A stretch of 64,000 nt of DNA from Candidatus Nomurabacteria bacterium (GTDB lineage Bacteria > Patescibacteriota > Minisyncoccia > Phycocordibacterales > UBA9973), in contig JAQBRM010000027.1 of the NCBI GenBank assembly GCA_028286485.1, positions 10,632-74,631 on the forward strand, read 5' to 3'. A program made the position numbers and the translations under genes. A model generated the notes under the pieces. That model made no database searches. It was given only the letters and a program-made list of their open reading frames with translations, and was not told the origin of the DNA. Shown here one piece after another: positions 48,670 through 58,872 of this stretch (its first letter is position 1; the number at the start of each line of letters is the position of its first letter).

Positions 48670-50214
48670 TCAATTAGCTTGTGCATACACATCTTTGACA
48701 TTGCGAACCAGCGTATTCCCTTTCACGGTGATATCAATGGCCTTATGTAAAAAGACTCCCGCATTCGGCATACCGGTCACCGTGTTGCCGATAATCGATA
48801 CGTGATCAGTATTATCATCCATATAAATACCATTGACCGGCACATAGCCGGCATCATTCGTACCGGCGGTAGCGCCCTTCCCTCCACTAATGATATTCCC
48901 CGTAATTTGTCGGTTGGAATGCACCAACGGCGGCGTGAAGCCATTCCACGTATAAATACCCGCCCCATCATCAGTCACCGAACAAAAATTCGCCACGGTG
49001 TTATTTTTCACTACCGCGCCATTGCCGGAAAAATAAATACCGGTATAGCCGCTGTGACGGATACTATTTTGTGAAATAATTTCATTATCATTTCCAACAG
49101 CCTCGGCCACATAGATACCGATCAATGAGGCGGGGCCATTACCGCCCATTCCCGCTTTCATGCCGATAGTGGTAATACTGTTATTGCTAATGGAAGCATT
49201 GCCCGATCCACCCGCAAATGAGAAAAAGATACCATTATTATTGGCAGTATCAATGGTGGAATGCTGCAAGGTGAAATAATTCGCTTGATCAAGATCAATA
49301 CCGTCGGTGCCGGAAAAACCGATGGCAATATTTTGTAAGGAAACATTGGTGCTGTTTGATACCGCAACACCGCTCGTGGTCGATCCTTGAAATGACAACC
49401 CGTTCAATACGATGTAGTTTTTTGCAATAGTGGCCAGCACTGGTACGGTGCTTACTTTCGCTGCATAAGAAGAAGGGTCGGCTGAGCCAAAATACATTTC
49501 CAGATTTTTTGTCACCGGATTGAAATACCACTCGCCGAGCTGATCAAGTGTTTGCGGACTGTTTTGAATGAAAAAACCGAATCCGTCCGTCGGCTGGCTG
49601 GTGGAGACAGCGTGGGCAACGGTAGTGCCTGATTGTGCGGTGATGGCATATTTATCCAACTGCCAGCGATAGTCGCGTATCACGACGTCAGCACCGGTCC
49701 AAGAACCGGCCAGCGCGGGACTGGTAATGGAATTCACACTATGTGAAGCAATGGTAAGATAGCCGCCATTGACCGCATCAGCATTGGGATACCGCCCGAT
49801 TTGTTGCTCAATATTGTTCAGCGTCACCATATTCACGGTTGATCCGCAATACGCACAAGGAGCTTGCCAAATTCCCCCACCGACCGAGGTCCACCCTGAC
49901 AACGCGGTGAAGCCGCTGATAACAGGTTTTGCTCCACTGCCGTACGCGCCGAAGAAAATCGGCTTGCGAGCAGTGCCGGAAACATTTGGCATTAAGGCGC
50001 CGTACCATGTGCCGCCTTTTTTAAAAAGGATACGATCTCCCGGCTGAAATGCGGTGGCATTCACCTTGTCCACTGTTTGCCATGGGGCATGAACACTGAT
50101 ACCCGTATTACCATCATTTCCTTTAGGATCAATATAATAAGTAGCCGCTGATACTGCCGCTATGCGGGCGCACAGCAAAAAGGCCGTTATGAGCAGTACC
50201 TTCCACTTATTCAT
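48670..50214 (-). CDS. Secreted right-handed parallel beta-helix protein
   Basis: Signal peptide, YYID.KGND...PWQT, repeated I.NN.I and GIY units, DDGAGIY. Confidence 0.85.
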   Translation of the reverse strand: MNKWKVLLITAFLLCARIAAVSAATYYIDPKGNDGNTGISVHAPWQTVDKVNATAFQPGDRILFKKGGTWYGALMPNVSGTARKPIFFGAYGSGAKPVISGFTALSGWTSVGGGIWQAPCAYCGSTVNMVTLNNIEQQIGRYPNADAVNGGYLTIASHSVNSITSPALAGSWTGADVVIRDYRWQLDKYAITAQSGTTVAHAVSTSQPTDGFGFFIQNSPQTLDQLGEWYFNPVTKNLEMYFGSADPSSYAAKVSTVPVLATIAKNYIVLNGLSFQGSTTSGVAVSNSTNVSLQNIAIGFSGTDGIDLDQANYFTLQHSTIDTANNNGIFFSFAGGSGNASISNNSITTIGMKAGMGGNGPASLIGIYVAEAVGNDNEIISQNSIRHSGYTGIYFSGNGAVVKNNTVANFCSVTDDGAGIYTWNGFTPPLVHSNRQITGNIISGGKGATAGTNDAGYVPVNGIYMDDNTDHVSIIGNTVTGMPNAGVFLHKAIDITVKGNTLVRNVKDVYAQAN

Positions 50215-50218
50215 ATAT

Positions 50219-51706
50219 TTAATAGCGCAATTTATATTCGTATAAATTCAAGTCGAGAGAGAAATTCTTCACCAACAATCGCTGATAATGAGTGTCGAAA
50301 TACAGACGCAGCGGTTCTTCATACCCTTGGTTGTAACTGAGCAGCAGCCACAGATTCTGATGGTTTTGGGTGATGGTTGCCACTTGAGCCGGCAGTGTCG
50401 CCGCATCAAAGGGTGGTATCGGACCATAGTGGGAGCGATCCCAGATCGGTAAAGTGGTCAGCGTAGAGGAACCATGGTAGTAATATTCCACCGGATAAAT
50501 AGTGAACGGCGCAGACACCACAATAGTATCATCGGCAGTCGCGTGGGCAGTCAAATAGTCCGTGGCTTGCTGGTAATTTTCCTTCACCGGTGTAAATGCA
50601 CTGAACGCTTCAATGAACAGCATGCCCACCATGACCACTACCAGCACGATTTCAAAGAATCGCTTGAAATTCGGCGGCAGATTATTGAGAAAGGCGATGA
50701 TGCAGAGATAGAGCGGCGGCAAGCTCAGGATGAGGTACCGGCTGAGGTAGAGCGGGCGGAAAATACTGCTGACAATAAACGCCAGCGCCATCGGCACGAT
50801 CAGCGCCGTGATGAAATACATGGTCTCGCTGGACGGTCTTTTTTTGCTTTTCTGCAACCCAAAGAAGCCGAACAGCACCAGCAGCGGCCACATCGAGACT
50901 AGAATGGTATTAACGTAATCTATCTGAAAGCCGAATAAGAATTGGGAAAAAGTATTGAAGATGTCAACAGTGGTGGGTGCTTCGAGCTGGGGCGAGCTGT
51001 TGCTGATGGTGCCCAAGTGAAGCACATAGTACAGCCACGGACTGATGGCAAGCAATAAAATCATAATGACGGCGAGAAATTTTTTGAAATCCCCCTTCTG
51101 GAACAAATCCTTGTTAAAAAGATAGAACAACGCTTGACTGACAAGGGAGAACCAGAAAAAATAGTGCGTGAAGATACCGACTAATGACACGAGACCGTAC
51201 AGGAACCAATATCCGCCACGACGCTCCGCATCGGCCGTCTTGTACAATTTGAGGAAAAAGTACTGATGCAAAATGACGACGAAAGTGAAGAGACTGTACA
51301 TGCGGATCTCATTGCCGTACCAATTCATGAACGGGGAAATGGAAAGCAACAATGCCGCATACAGTCCGGCATTTTTATTGTAAGCCAGTTTGCCAAGAAA
51401 ATAGATGGCCGGAATGGATAATACAAAAAATACCATGGACAATGCCCGGCCGGTCGCCACGCCATTGCCGAGAAAGACCTGCCAAAAATGCAGCATCAGG
51501 TGATAGAGCGGCACGTGCACGTCTTGGGCGATGATGTTGAATATCTTCAGGGGCGAGCGGCTGGTTTGCCACAAGCTTTGCGCTTCATCGAGCCGCAAGC
51601 TCTGTCGTGAAAAAATAAACACGGACAAGGAGATAATAAAGAGGATCATCGCGCTCAGCGCCAACGTCACTTTGTATTTGTAGAAAAATGCCGGTGGTTT
51701 TTTCAT
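50219..51706 (-). CDS. GT-C fold glycosyltransferase (PMT/GT39-GT83-like)
   Basis: SLRLDEAQS, DVHVPLY and EIRMYSL motifs; many TMs. Confidence 0.85.
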   Translation of the reverse strand: MKKPPAFFYKYKVTLALSAMILFIISLSVFIFSRQSLRLDEAQSLWQTSRSPLKIFNIIAQDVHVPLYHLMLHFWQVFLGNGVATGRALSMVFFVLSIPAIYFLGKLAYNKNAGLYAALLLSISPFMNWYGNEIRMYSLFTFVVILHQYFFLKLYKTADAERRGGYWFLYGLVSLVGIFTHYFFWFSLVSQALFYLFNKDLFQKGDFKKFLAVIMILLLAISPWLYYVLHLGTISNSSPQLEAPTTVDIFNTFSQFLFGFQIDYVNTILVSMWPLLVLFGFFGLQKSKKRPSSETMYFITALIVPMALAFIVSSIFRPLYLSRYLILSLPPLYLCIIAFLNNLPPNFKRFFEIVLVVVMVGMLFIEAFSAFTPVKENYQQATDYLTAHATADDTIVVSAPFTIYPVEYYYHGSSTLTTLPIWDRSHYGPIPPFDAATLPAQVATITQNHQNLWLLLSYNQGYEEPLRLYFDTHYQRLLVKNFSLDLNLYEYKLRY

Positions 51707-53238
51707 ACGGCAACTTCAATTGTTTCCTTCGGCTGAGGGGTTTGTTCCGGTAATGCGAGATAAATGAACTGGGTGAATATGACAGTATTCAACAAGGCCC
51801 ACGCCATATTAGCCATGACGGAGGCACTGACACCCTCGCGATGAACGGCCACGATCAGACCGGCGGCGATCAGCACGATGTAAACGATGTGTATTTTGAC
51901 CAAGTACAGGAAGTTGCCGGTCAATTTCTTTTTTGATGTTATTTCAAACTTTGGCTTATGTCCGGTAATCACTGACCATAATGCTTCCAAATGAATACTG
52001 AAGGAGCTCATGGAAAATGCCAAGGAACGGAAGGTGTAGGAGAAGTTGGTGGATCCCTGCAGCGTGTACAGCGTCACGAAAATGTACGGTAGGAAGATCA
52101 ATGCCAAGAGCATGGTAGCCACCACGACCGGTACCAAGCCGGTGAAGAAAAATACCACCGGAATCAGCGCGTTCATGATAATGATCAATCCCGACACGTA
52201 GAATGAGGCGGAAGCCAAGTATTGGATGCGCTGTGTCAGTGTCAATCCCTTGCGAAACAGCACGTTGTACTTGAAGATCAGATCGAGACCGCCGCGGGCC
52301 CAGCGAAACTGCTGCTTGTAGTACGATAGGAAGTCTTCCGGGGCCAATCCCTCGGCCAAGACTTCCCCGACATAGGCGGATTTGAAGCCGTGCTCATGGA
52401 GAAACATGCCGGTAGCAAAATCTTCCGCAATGCTTTCCTCGCACATGCCGCCGACTTCCAACAGCATCTCCTTGCGAATGGCCATATTGGTGCCGCACAT
52501 GGTGACGGCATTCAATCGATTCTTGCCCCGGCAGATCGGCCCGAAAAACAGCTCCTGTTGCTCCCATGCCCCGCGGGTGACTTCATTGAGGTAGTAATTT
52601 TTATAGTACTGGGGCGATTGCACGAATGCCATTTTCGGATCGCTGAAATGCGGCATCATTTTCAAAAGAAAATCCGGATGCGGCACATGGTCGGCATCAA
52701 ATATGACAATGAAAGGGTTGTCAGTTTGCCGCAGCGCGTTGTTGATATTGCCGGCTTTGGCTCCCCCGCCGACTTTGCGGGTAATGACTTCCACACCGTG
52801 GGTTTGAGCTACCATTTCGGCCTCTTGCCAATTGTCTCGGTGCGCCACGTAGCCATCATTCAATATATACACTTTGAATTCGGGATACTCCATGGCTTTG
52901 ATAGCCACGATTGTTTCTTCAATGATTTCTTTGGGCTCGCCCGCTACGGTCACGTATATATCAACCGGCGGATGAAAGTTCGGGTCGGGCGGCGTAATGC
53001 CTTTGGTATTCCAGATGGTGTAGAGGAAGGTCAACAGCTGCCACAAGTGGAACACCTCTCCGGCAATCAGCAGGCCGAACAGCACTTTGTTGCCGATCGG
53101 GAAAAAGAACGCCAATAGAATGAAGTATGTCAACAGCAGCACGACGTTCAATATCACCAATCCTTTCGGGGTGGTGGTGTTCAAGAATCTTTTTTGATCT
53201 TTCGGTGTTTTTTTTGAATTGAATAATCGTATGCGCAT
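51703..53238 (-). CDS. Cellulose synthase catalytic subunit-like GT2 without PilZ
   Basis: AKAGNIN, DADH, QSPQ, FFG, CGTN, AED and QQFRW motifs. Confidence 0.88.
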   Translation of the reverse strand: MRIRLFNSKKTPKDQKRFLNTTTPKGLVILNVVLLLTYFILLAFFFPIGNKVLFGLLIAGEVFHLWQLLTFLYTIWNTKGITPPDPNFHPPVDIYVTVAGEPKEIIEETIVAIKAMEYPEFKVYILNDGYVAHRDNWQEAEMVAQTHGVEVITRKVGGGAKAGNINNALRQTDNPFIVIFDADHVPHPDFLLKMMPHFSDPKMAFVQSPQYYKNYYLNEVTRGAWEQQELFFGPICRGKNRLNAVTMCGTNMAIRKEMLLEVGGMCEESIAEDFATGMFLHEHGFKSAYVGEVLAEGLAPEDFLSYYKQQFRWARGGLDLIFKYNVLFRKGLTLTQRIQYLASASFYVSGLIIIMNALIPVVFFFTGLVPVVVATMLLALIFLPYIFVTLYTLQGSTNFSYTFRSLAFSMSSFSIHLEALWSVITGHKPKFEITSKKKLTGNFLYLVKIHIVYIVLIAAGLIVAVHREGVSASVMANMAWALLNTVIFTQFIYLALPEQTPQPKETIEVAV

Positions 53239-53250
53239 AATGGTATGTAT

Positions 53251-54513
53251 CTAATTTGTAAGAGGGGTCGATGAAGCGGGGGCGACCAGATTCGGCAGGA
53301 GATTCTGATACAAACCGATGCCGAACCATGTCCAGTTGTCATCGTAATATCCCAAGGGTGTGCGCCATGCATTGGTATCGGGATTATAGAGAATGGCCAG
53401 TTTTTGATTATAGACTTCTGCGGCATTTTTGGGATCGCTCACTATGAAATAACCGATCACCCCGCCATATAGTGCGGGAACTTCCGTTTCGTCCCCTGCC
53501 AATGTGCCGTCATGGGCGTAGTTCACTGACAGGGATTTTGCCGCAGTCCATTGTTTTGAGAAAAAATTCAAGGAATCAAGCAGTTGTTTGTCACGGGGAT
53601 CGCCGTACCATTGCCAGTCCAATGCCAAGCGCCACGGCACGCGCAAGGCATCGTAACCATAGTTGGTCGTGAGACCGGCAGCGGTAGCGGCTGTTACCGC
53701 ACCGGTCTGCCTATTCACTTGGACCCAGTCGGGAGGAATGTTGGCACTGGTATTCTTATCAAGCGGGGAGGCAATACTTTGGGTGAGAATATCATATGAG
53801 CTATCGATCACTCCTTGCCAATCATGCTTGCTGTCCACTGCGGCGAACATACGATACTCGTACGGCGCAAAGTAGGAAGGGTCTACCAACACCTTATCGG
53901 GTGAGAGGTGCTCCACATCATTGGCCACCAGCACCGGCTTGCCATTGATGACGACGACTTCGTTTTTCCAGATGTCGGCAATCAGGGCTTGCGCTTGATC
54001 CATATAAGACTGATCACCCCAACGGCCGTAGGCGAACAACAAACTCATCGCCATGTCAGTTTCAGCGTCGGTAGCGGAGTTTTGTCCGCCCTTGCTCGTC
54101 AGGATGGTATAGTTGCCGGGAGATTGTTCGCCGAAGACCCACGCGTGGAGATTGTCATTTTTGTGTTTCAAGATATCCTGCGTCCATTTCAAGCTGGCAT
54201 CAAACGTGGCTTTGTCATCCATCCAGACGGCACGCAGCATGGTGTAGCTCTGCCCTTCCGACGTGGTGAGGTTGTTCTGCTGCTTATCCAGTGTGCGATT
54301 GCTGCCGGCTTCCAAATAATCTACTTTGTAAGTATTCCATGTATTTTCCAATACTTCTTTCGGAGAAAAAATAACCGGTACTTGCCGCTTCCGACTGTTG
54401 ATGAATTTCACCACGATAAAAAGCAGCGCGGCGAAGCAAATCAGGCTGATGCCGATATAAAATGAATTGGTTGGTTTTTTTATAGGTGGGATATTCATAC
54501 GCCGAAAAATCAT
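53251..54513 (-). CDS. Glycoside hydrolase family 8 (BcsZ-like), membrane-anchored
   Basis: TTSEGQSY, NSATDA, DPSYFAP, YDALRVPWR. Confidence 0.9.
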   Translation of the reverse strand: MIFRRMNIPPIKKPTNSFYIGISLICFAALLFIVVKFINSRKRQVPVIFSPKEVLENTWNTYKVDYLEAGSNRTLDKQQNNLTTSEGQSYTMLRAVWMDDKATFDASLKWTQDILKHKNDNLHAWVFGEQSPGNYTILTSKGGQNSATDAETDMAMSLLFAYGRWGDQSYMDQAQALIADIWKNEVVVINGKPVLVANDVEHLSPDKVLVDPSYFAPYEYRMFAAVDSKHDWQGVIDSSYDILTQSIASPLDKNTSANIPPDWVQVNRQTGAVTAATAAGLTTNYGYDALRVPWRLALDWQWYGDPRDKQLLDSLNFFSKQWTAAKSLSVNYAHDGTLAGDETEVPALYGGVIGYFIVSDPKNAAEVYNQKLAILYNPDTNAWRTPLGYYDDNWTWFGIGLYQNLLPNLVAPASSTPLTN

Positions 54514-55055
54514 GAGAAGGTAAAGAGCGCTGCCAAACGCCGCGCGATGAATCTCGGCCGACCGATGACCAGGATCAGTCCGGATAATGCCGTGATGCCG
54601 CTGATGGCATATAAAATCTTTGTTGTCAGCGGTCGGAAGCCTTTTTCAATGTAAGGATCAGTGGGAATGAAACTCTGCATGATATCGTAGACGACACTTT
54701 TATAAGGAGTTGGTGCGGCGACAACTGCCGGTGCTGGCGGCGCAGGGGTCGGGGTTTTTTTAACAGGGTTAGCAGGCTTAACGGTAGTGATCACCGGCGT
54801 AACGACCGGGGATTGCGTAGCCGGTTCCGGTGATACGGGAGTAATGACAGGCAACGGTTGGTCTTGCGTCTGTTGATCCGGCAGGGATTGATCGGGTTGC
54901 TGCTGAATAATGTCGTAGACACTCCGAGTGTGACGTGCGCCGTGCGTATCGGAATTATCTTGAGCCTGCACTGCCGAACAATGCAATAATATAAACAATA
55001 ACAAAAATGCCCCTGAGAATGTAAAATATATATTTTTATTGCTATATTTTTTCAT
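54510..55055 (-). CDS. Pro/Thr/Gln-rich surface protein with signal peptide and C-terminal TM
   Basis: Low-complexity P/T/Q core between hydrophobic ends; overlaps the GH8 start. Confidence 0.7.
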   Translation of the reverse strand: MKKYSNKNIYFTFSGAFLLLFILLHCSAVQAQDNSDTHGARHTRSVYDIIQQQPDQSLPDQQTQDQPLPVITPVSPEPATQSPVVTPVITTVKPANPVKKTPTPAPPAPAVVAAPTPYKSVVYDIMQSFIPTDPYIEKGFRPLTTKILYAISGITALSGLILVIGRPRFIARRLAALFTFS

Positions 55056-55115
55056 ACTATTTATATACTCTACCCCATTCTTTTCGAGAATGGAAGTATC
55101 TGATATATTGAATAT

Positions 55116-56258
55116 ATGGACACAGAAAAACCCGTTTCTCTATCAGTTTTTTTTCCAGCCTACAATGAAGAGGCCAATATTGAAAACAGCGTAGCGGAAG
55201 CGGAAATGATTTTAAAAAAGCTGGGCATTGTCTATGAGATCATCATCGTCAATGACGGCAGCCGCGACAAGACCGCCGTCATTGCCGATCGTCTGGCCGC
55301 CGAAAATGATTGCATCAAGGTCGTGCACCACCATCCCAACCGCGGCTACGGCGCCGCCTTGTGGAGCGGCATCCAAGCGGCGCGTTATCAGTACGTCTTC
55401 TTCACCGATGCGGACTTGCAGTTCGATCTGTCGGAGCTGGCCATCCTCATGCACTTCGTACCGGAGTACAAGGTGGTGCTGGGATATCGCGCACCGCGAC
55501 GCGATCCTTTCTTGCGATTACTCAATGCCAAGGCATGGAATTTCCTGAATCGCTTCTTGTTCGGCTTGAAAGTGAAGGACATCGACTGCGCGTTCAAGCT
55601 GATGGATCGCGAGCTGGTCGCCTCGCTGCCGATCAAGACACGTGGTGCCATGATGACAGCCGAGATGCTCATTCGCTTGCAGCGGCGGAAAGTCGTCTTC
55701 AAGGAAATTCCGGTCTCGCATTTTCCTCGTGTTGAGGGTGAAGCGACCGGTGCCAAACCGGAGGTGATCCTCCGCGCCTTCAAAGAACTGTGGGTGCTAT
55801 TCAAGGGCCGTTTGGGCGCGATCGGCCGCCGCCAGCTGGTGCGTTTTGCCGCCGTGGGAGTGGCCAATACCTTGATTGATCTGGGCTTGTACTATGTGCT
55901 GACGCGCACGGTGCCATTCTTCAGTGTGCATATGTTTGTGGCCAAGGCCCTTTCCTTCCTGACCGGTACGGTCTTCAGCTTCTTCGTCAACCGCATCTGG
56001 ACCTTCAAGAAACAGACTCCCCTTAAAACCGCCGAGCTCATCCGTTTCTACCTCAGTGTCGGCGTGGCATTGCTTATCAATCTGCTCTCCCTGTCCTTCT
56101 TCACCAAGGTCCTTCATCTGTATGATCTCATCGGTGTCATCGGCGCCACTGTTGTGACATTCGTCTGGAACTTCATCGCCTCCAAACTCTGGGTCTACGC
56201 CGAATCCGTTCCTATCAAACGTCCCCGTTTCTTCAAACGCCGCCGTAATCTTAATTAG
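55116..56258 (+). CDS. Polyprenyl-phosphate glycosyltransferase (GtrB/Dpm1-like) fused to GtrA-family flippase
   Basis: PAYNEE, VNDGSRD, NRGYGAAL, DADLQ, then RFAAVG...NRIWTF GtrA domain. Confidence 0.9.
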   Translation: MDTEKPVSLSVFFPAYNEEANIENSVAEAEMILKKLGIVYEIIIVNDGSRDKTAVIADRLAAENDCIKVVHHHPNRGYGAALWSGIQAARYQYVFFTDADLQFDLSELAILMHFVPEYKVVLGYRAPRRDPFLRLLNAKAWNFLNRFLFGLKVKDIDCAFKLMDRELVASLPIKTRGAMMTAEMLIRLQRRKVVFKEIPVSHFPRVEGEATGAKPEVILRAFKELWVLFKGRLGAIGRRQLVRFAAVGVANTLIDLGLYYVLTRTVPFFSVHMFVAKALSFLTGTVFSFFVNRIWTFKKQTPLKTAELIRFYLSVGVALLINLLSLSFFTKVLHLYDLIGVIGATVVTFVWNFIASKLWVYAESVPIKRPRFFKRRRNLN

Positions 56259-56263
56259 GACAA

Positions 56264-56467
56264 TTATTTCTTCTTTGTTGTTTTCTTTTTCGCTGCCTTC
56301 TTTGGCACCTTATCTCCTTCTTTTCTGGCCTCTGAAATTCCAATCGCTATGGCCTGCTTCCCGCTCGTCACTTTCTTGCCCGACCTGCCGCTCTTCAACT
56401 TGCCTTCGCCATACTCATGCATGACCTTGCTTACTTTCTTCTGTGCTTTTGTTCCATACTTTGCCAT
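56264..56467 (-). CDS. Small basic protein (DUF6496-like)
   Basis: KVMHEY..GKLKSG...KQAIAIGISEAR. Confidence 0.8.
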   Translation of the reverse strand: MAKYGTKAQKKVSKVMHEYGEGKLKSGRSGKKVTSGKQAIAIGISEARKEGDKVPKKAAKKKTTKKK

Positions 56468-56614
56468 AAAAAATACTATTAGCTAGTATTTTTATTAATA
56501 CTAATGTGACAAGCAAAAACTTTCATTTAAATCCACTACCGTTGATTTTTTGCCCAAAAAACGCTATTCTACATCCGCACTACATTGTGTCTTTTGCCCA
56601 CTGGGTAAAACGAT

Positions 56615-56688
56615 TGTGGAATCGTCTAATGGTAGGACAACGGTTTCTGGTACCGTTTATCTTGGTTCGAGTCCAGGTTCCACAGCCA
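56615..56688 (+). tRNA. tRNA-Gln(CTG)
   Basis: Acceptor TGTGGAA/TTCCACA, anticodon arm ACGGT-TTCTGGT-ACCGT, GGTTCGAGTCC, CCA. Confidence 0.95.
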
Positions 56689-56790
56689 AATTTCGCTTTT
56701 TGCAAGCGAAGCGTTCCATACCAAAAAGGCAAGAAATTTGCTTAGCGGATGTTTCGCTAGAAACACAAGAAGATTTCCGAGATAGGTCAT

Positions 56791-56814
56791 CCTGCACGAG
56801 TTGCGTCGCTGTAA
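56791..56814 (+). repeat. Array motif copy A
   Basis: CCTGCACGAGTTGCGTCGCTGTAA; 18/21 match to consensus GCTCGAGTTGCGTCGTTGCAA. Confidence 0.6.
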
Positions 56815-56826
56815 CGAGAAATCTTT

Positions 56827-57612
56827 TTACTGCTGTACTGTAACAACAGGATACATGGTTCCTGTATCAGGCGAATCGTAGTACTGATAACTAAGCAATT
56901 TAGCTTCTGTAATTTTTTCAGTAAAAACTATACCCTCCAAAGGTTGGTTGTTGCTGCTTGGCTTGAAAATGGCGATTTCATTGTTGTAATTGGAAGCGAC
57001 GTATGAAGGTTGGTCGTCACAGGTAGTGATGTCTCGACTGGCTGAGCAAAGATCTTCTTGATATTTTTGATGTCCCACAGTGCCGTTCTGTGTATATTTA
57101 ATTGTGTAGATCACATGGTCACCAATATTGTGCGGGGTTGGGAAAGCAGAAACCTGCTTATTATTTGAATAGAATACAGCACTCACTATCTTTCCAATAG
57201 CAGGGTTATCGGTACTATTGAATACAGCTAGTATCCCACTAGTATAGGAAGGTTCATCTGTAAAATAAATTGTTTTACAGTGCAAGGTAATGCAATCGTT
57301 CACGGCATTTTGATTGTAGTCTTGAATGCCAACATTGGAAATTTTTCGCTCGGTGTATTGAAACGTTTGTCTTGTCGAGAGATTTTTAAGGATTGCTTTC
57401 ACATACTGATCAACCTCTTCGCCTCGGGCATTGACCATATTTTTTTGATCCACTATTGGACTTGGGGCTTGGTTATTTTCTTGTTGAGGATTGCTTTGTA
57501 CAGGAGTGGTTGGAGTAGTTCTTAAAGGATGATTATTCTGTGTGACGATGTAGCCAAGAATGCCAACTATTATAACGAGTAGACAAATGATGACCGTTCG
57601 GTTTTTGTTCAT
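56827..57612 (-). CDS. Hypothetical membrane-anchored protein
   Basis: N-terminal TM, P/Q linker and globular domain. Confidence 0.7.
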   Translation of the reverse strand: MNKNRTVIICLLVIIVGILGYIVTQNNHPLRTTPTTPVQSNPQQENNQAPSPIVDQKNMVNARGEEVDQYVKAILKNLSTRQTFQYTERKISNVGIQDYNQNAVNDCITLHCKTIYFTDEPSYTSGILAVFNSTDNPAIGKIVSAVFYSNNKQVSAFPTPHNIGDHVIYTIKYTQNGTVGHQKYQEDLCSASRDITTCDDQPSYVASNYNNEIAIFKPSSNNQPLEGIVFTEKITEAKLLSYQYYDSPDTGTMYPVVTVQQ

Positions 57613-57647
57613 AGATCATTTATACCTTGAAAGAACGGCTTTGTAAA

Positions 57648-57721
57648 TGCGCTGAAGTTGCGTCAGTGCAATATCTGAAGGTTTTGCATAGAACGCGATT
57701 TCTAGGAAAACTGCTATAATT
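57648..57721 (+). repeat. Array motif copy B (long form: hairpin plus promoter)
   Basis: TGCGCTGAAGTTGCGTCAGTGCAATATCTGAAGGTTTTGCATAGAACGCG...CTGCTATAATT. Confidence 0.7.
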
Positions 57722-57729
57722 AAACTTAT

Positions 57730-57984
57730 ATGGAAAAAGAACAGTCAGGACAAAAAAGATGGAGTCGTCAAAAATTTTATCGTGTTGTCTTTACGGTCGC
57801 GGTTATTATTGTTATTGTCTCCGCATTTCTCCCTTGCTCTCTCTCAAAATATGGCTGTGCTTACGGCGGGGGTGGGGACGTCCTGCTCGATGGTGCGCTA
57901 GGGGCAATAGCTGCTTCTCTTTGTCTTATCATTGTCGCCGTTATTTACGAGATTAACACGCGCCGCGTTTCAAAGAATAAATAA
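57730..57984 (+). CDS. Small two-TM protein
   Basis: 84 aa with two hydrophobic segments. Confidence 0.65.
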   Translation: MEKEQSGQKRWSRQKFYRVVFTVAVIIVIVSAFLPCSLSKYGCAYGGGGDVLLDGALGAIAASLCLIIVAVIYEINTRRVSKNK

Positions 57985-57992
57985 TTTTTTGA

Positions 57993-58066
57993 CCTACTCG
58001 AGTCGCCTCGTTGCACTATCTGAGGATTTTACATAGAGCGACTAATATTCTAGAACTGATATAATT
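57993..58066 (+). repeat. Array motif copy C (long form: hairpin plus promoter)
   Basis: CCTACTCGAGTCGCCTCGTTGCACTATCTGAGGATTTTACATAGAGCG...CTGATATAATT. Confidence 0.7.
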
Positions 58067-58074
58067 CAAAGCAC

Positions 58075-58872
58075 ATGGAAACCCCTCACCCCATCAAAAA
58101 CATAGGGTCATATCTCCCTGTCGATGACCAAGGCTTCATTGTAAACTCAACTTCAATTGAGAAGATCCAGCCTGAATGGCTGCCTGCGGTTGAGGAAGTA
58201 AGGGAAGCATACGTGCAGCATTTTGGAGACAATTTGCACAGTGTCTATATCAGAGGATCAGTTGCTAAGGGTTGGGCGATAGAACATATTTCAGACATAG
58301 ACTCTTTCGCGGTTATCTCTCTTGCTTATGAAAAGATAGACATGTTATGGTCAGATCTCTTTAAACAAGAACTTATCTCTGAGTACCCATTTGTCACAGG
58401 GGTTGAAATTGGCGCTATCCCGCTAGATGAACTCAAAGATCACAAAGGTGATCAGATAATGATCAAGACTCAAGCTATCTGTATTTACGGCAAGAATCTT
58501 GCGGATGAAATTCCCGCAATGAAGCCCGGCATGGAAACCGCTCAACATATACACTTCATCAAGGGTGAGATTATCCGAACCCGGGAATGGCTTAACGGTG
58601 AGCACTCTGCGGAAGAAATCATGAGAAAATGCACTTGGATAATGAAGCGTATCCTACGCTCTGGTTTTGAACTGGTGATGGAGCGATCGCAGAAATACAC
58701 CCGTGACCTCTATCCTTGCTATGAGGGATTCTCGGAATACTATCCTGAGCAGAAAGACAATATGTATAAAGTATTACAACTGGCGATAAATCCCACTGAA
58801 GACACGGCTGAAATAGAAAAAGTTTTAAGTGATATTGGGGCTTGGATTATTAAGGAAATTGAGAATAACTAA
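58075..58872 (+). CDS. Pol-beta superfamily nucleotidyltransferase
   Basis: SVYIRGSVAKG...SDID motif plus helical C-terminal domain. Confidence 0.85.
   Translation: METPHPIKNIGSYLPVDDQGFIVNSTSIEKIQPEWLPAVEEVREAYVQHFGDNLHSVYIRGSVAKGWAIEHISDIDSFAVISLAYEKIDMLWSDLFKQELISEYPFVTGVEIGAIPLDELKDHKGDQIMIKTQAICIYGKNLADEIPAMKPGMETAQHIHFIKGEIIRTREWLNGEHSAEEIMRKCTWIMKRILRSGFELVMERSQKYTRDLYPCYEGFSEYYPEQKDNMYKVLQLAINPTEDTAEIEKVLSDIGAWIIKEIENN

Noticed and set aside
57648-58066. Classical integron attC sites
   Set aside because: No RYYYAAC...GTTRRRY ends in the right order, no IntI in the window, and the genes have their own promoters.
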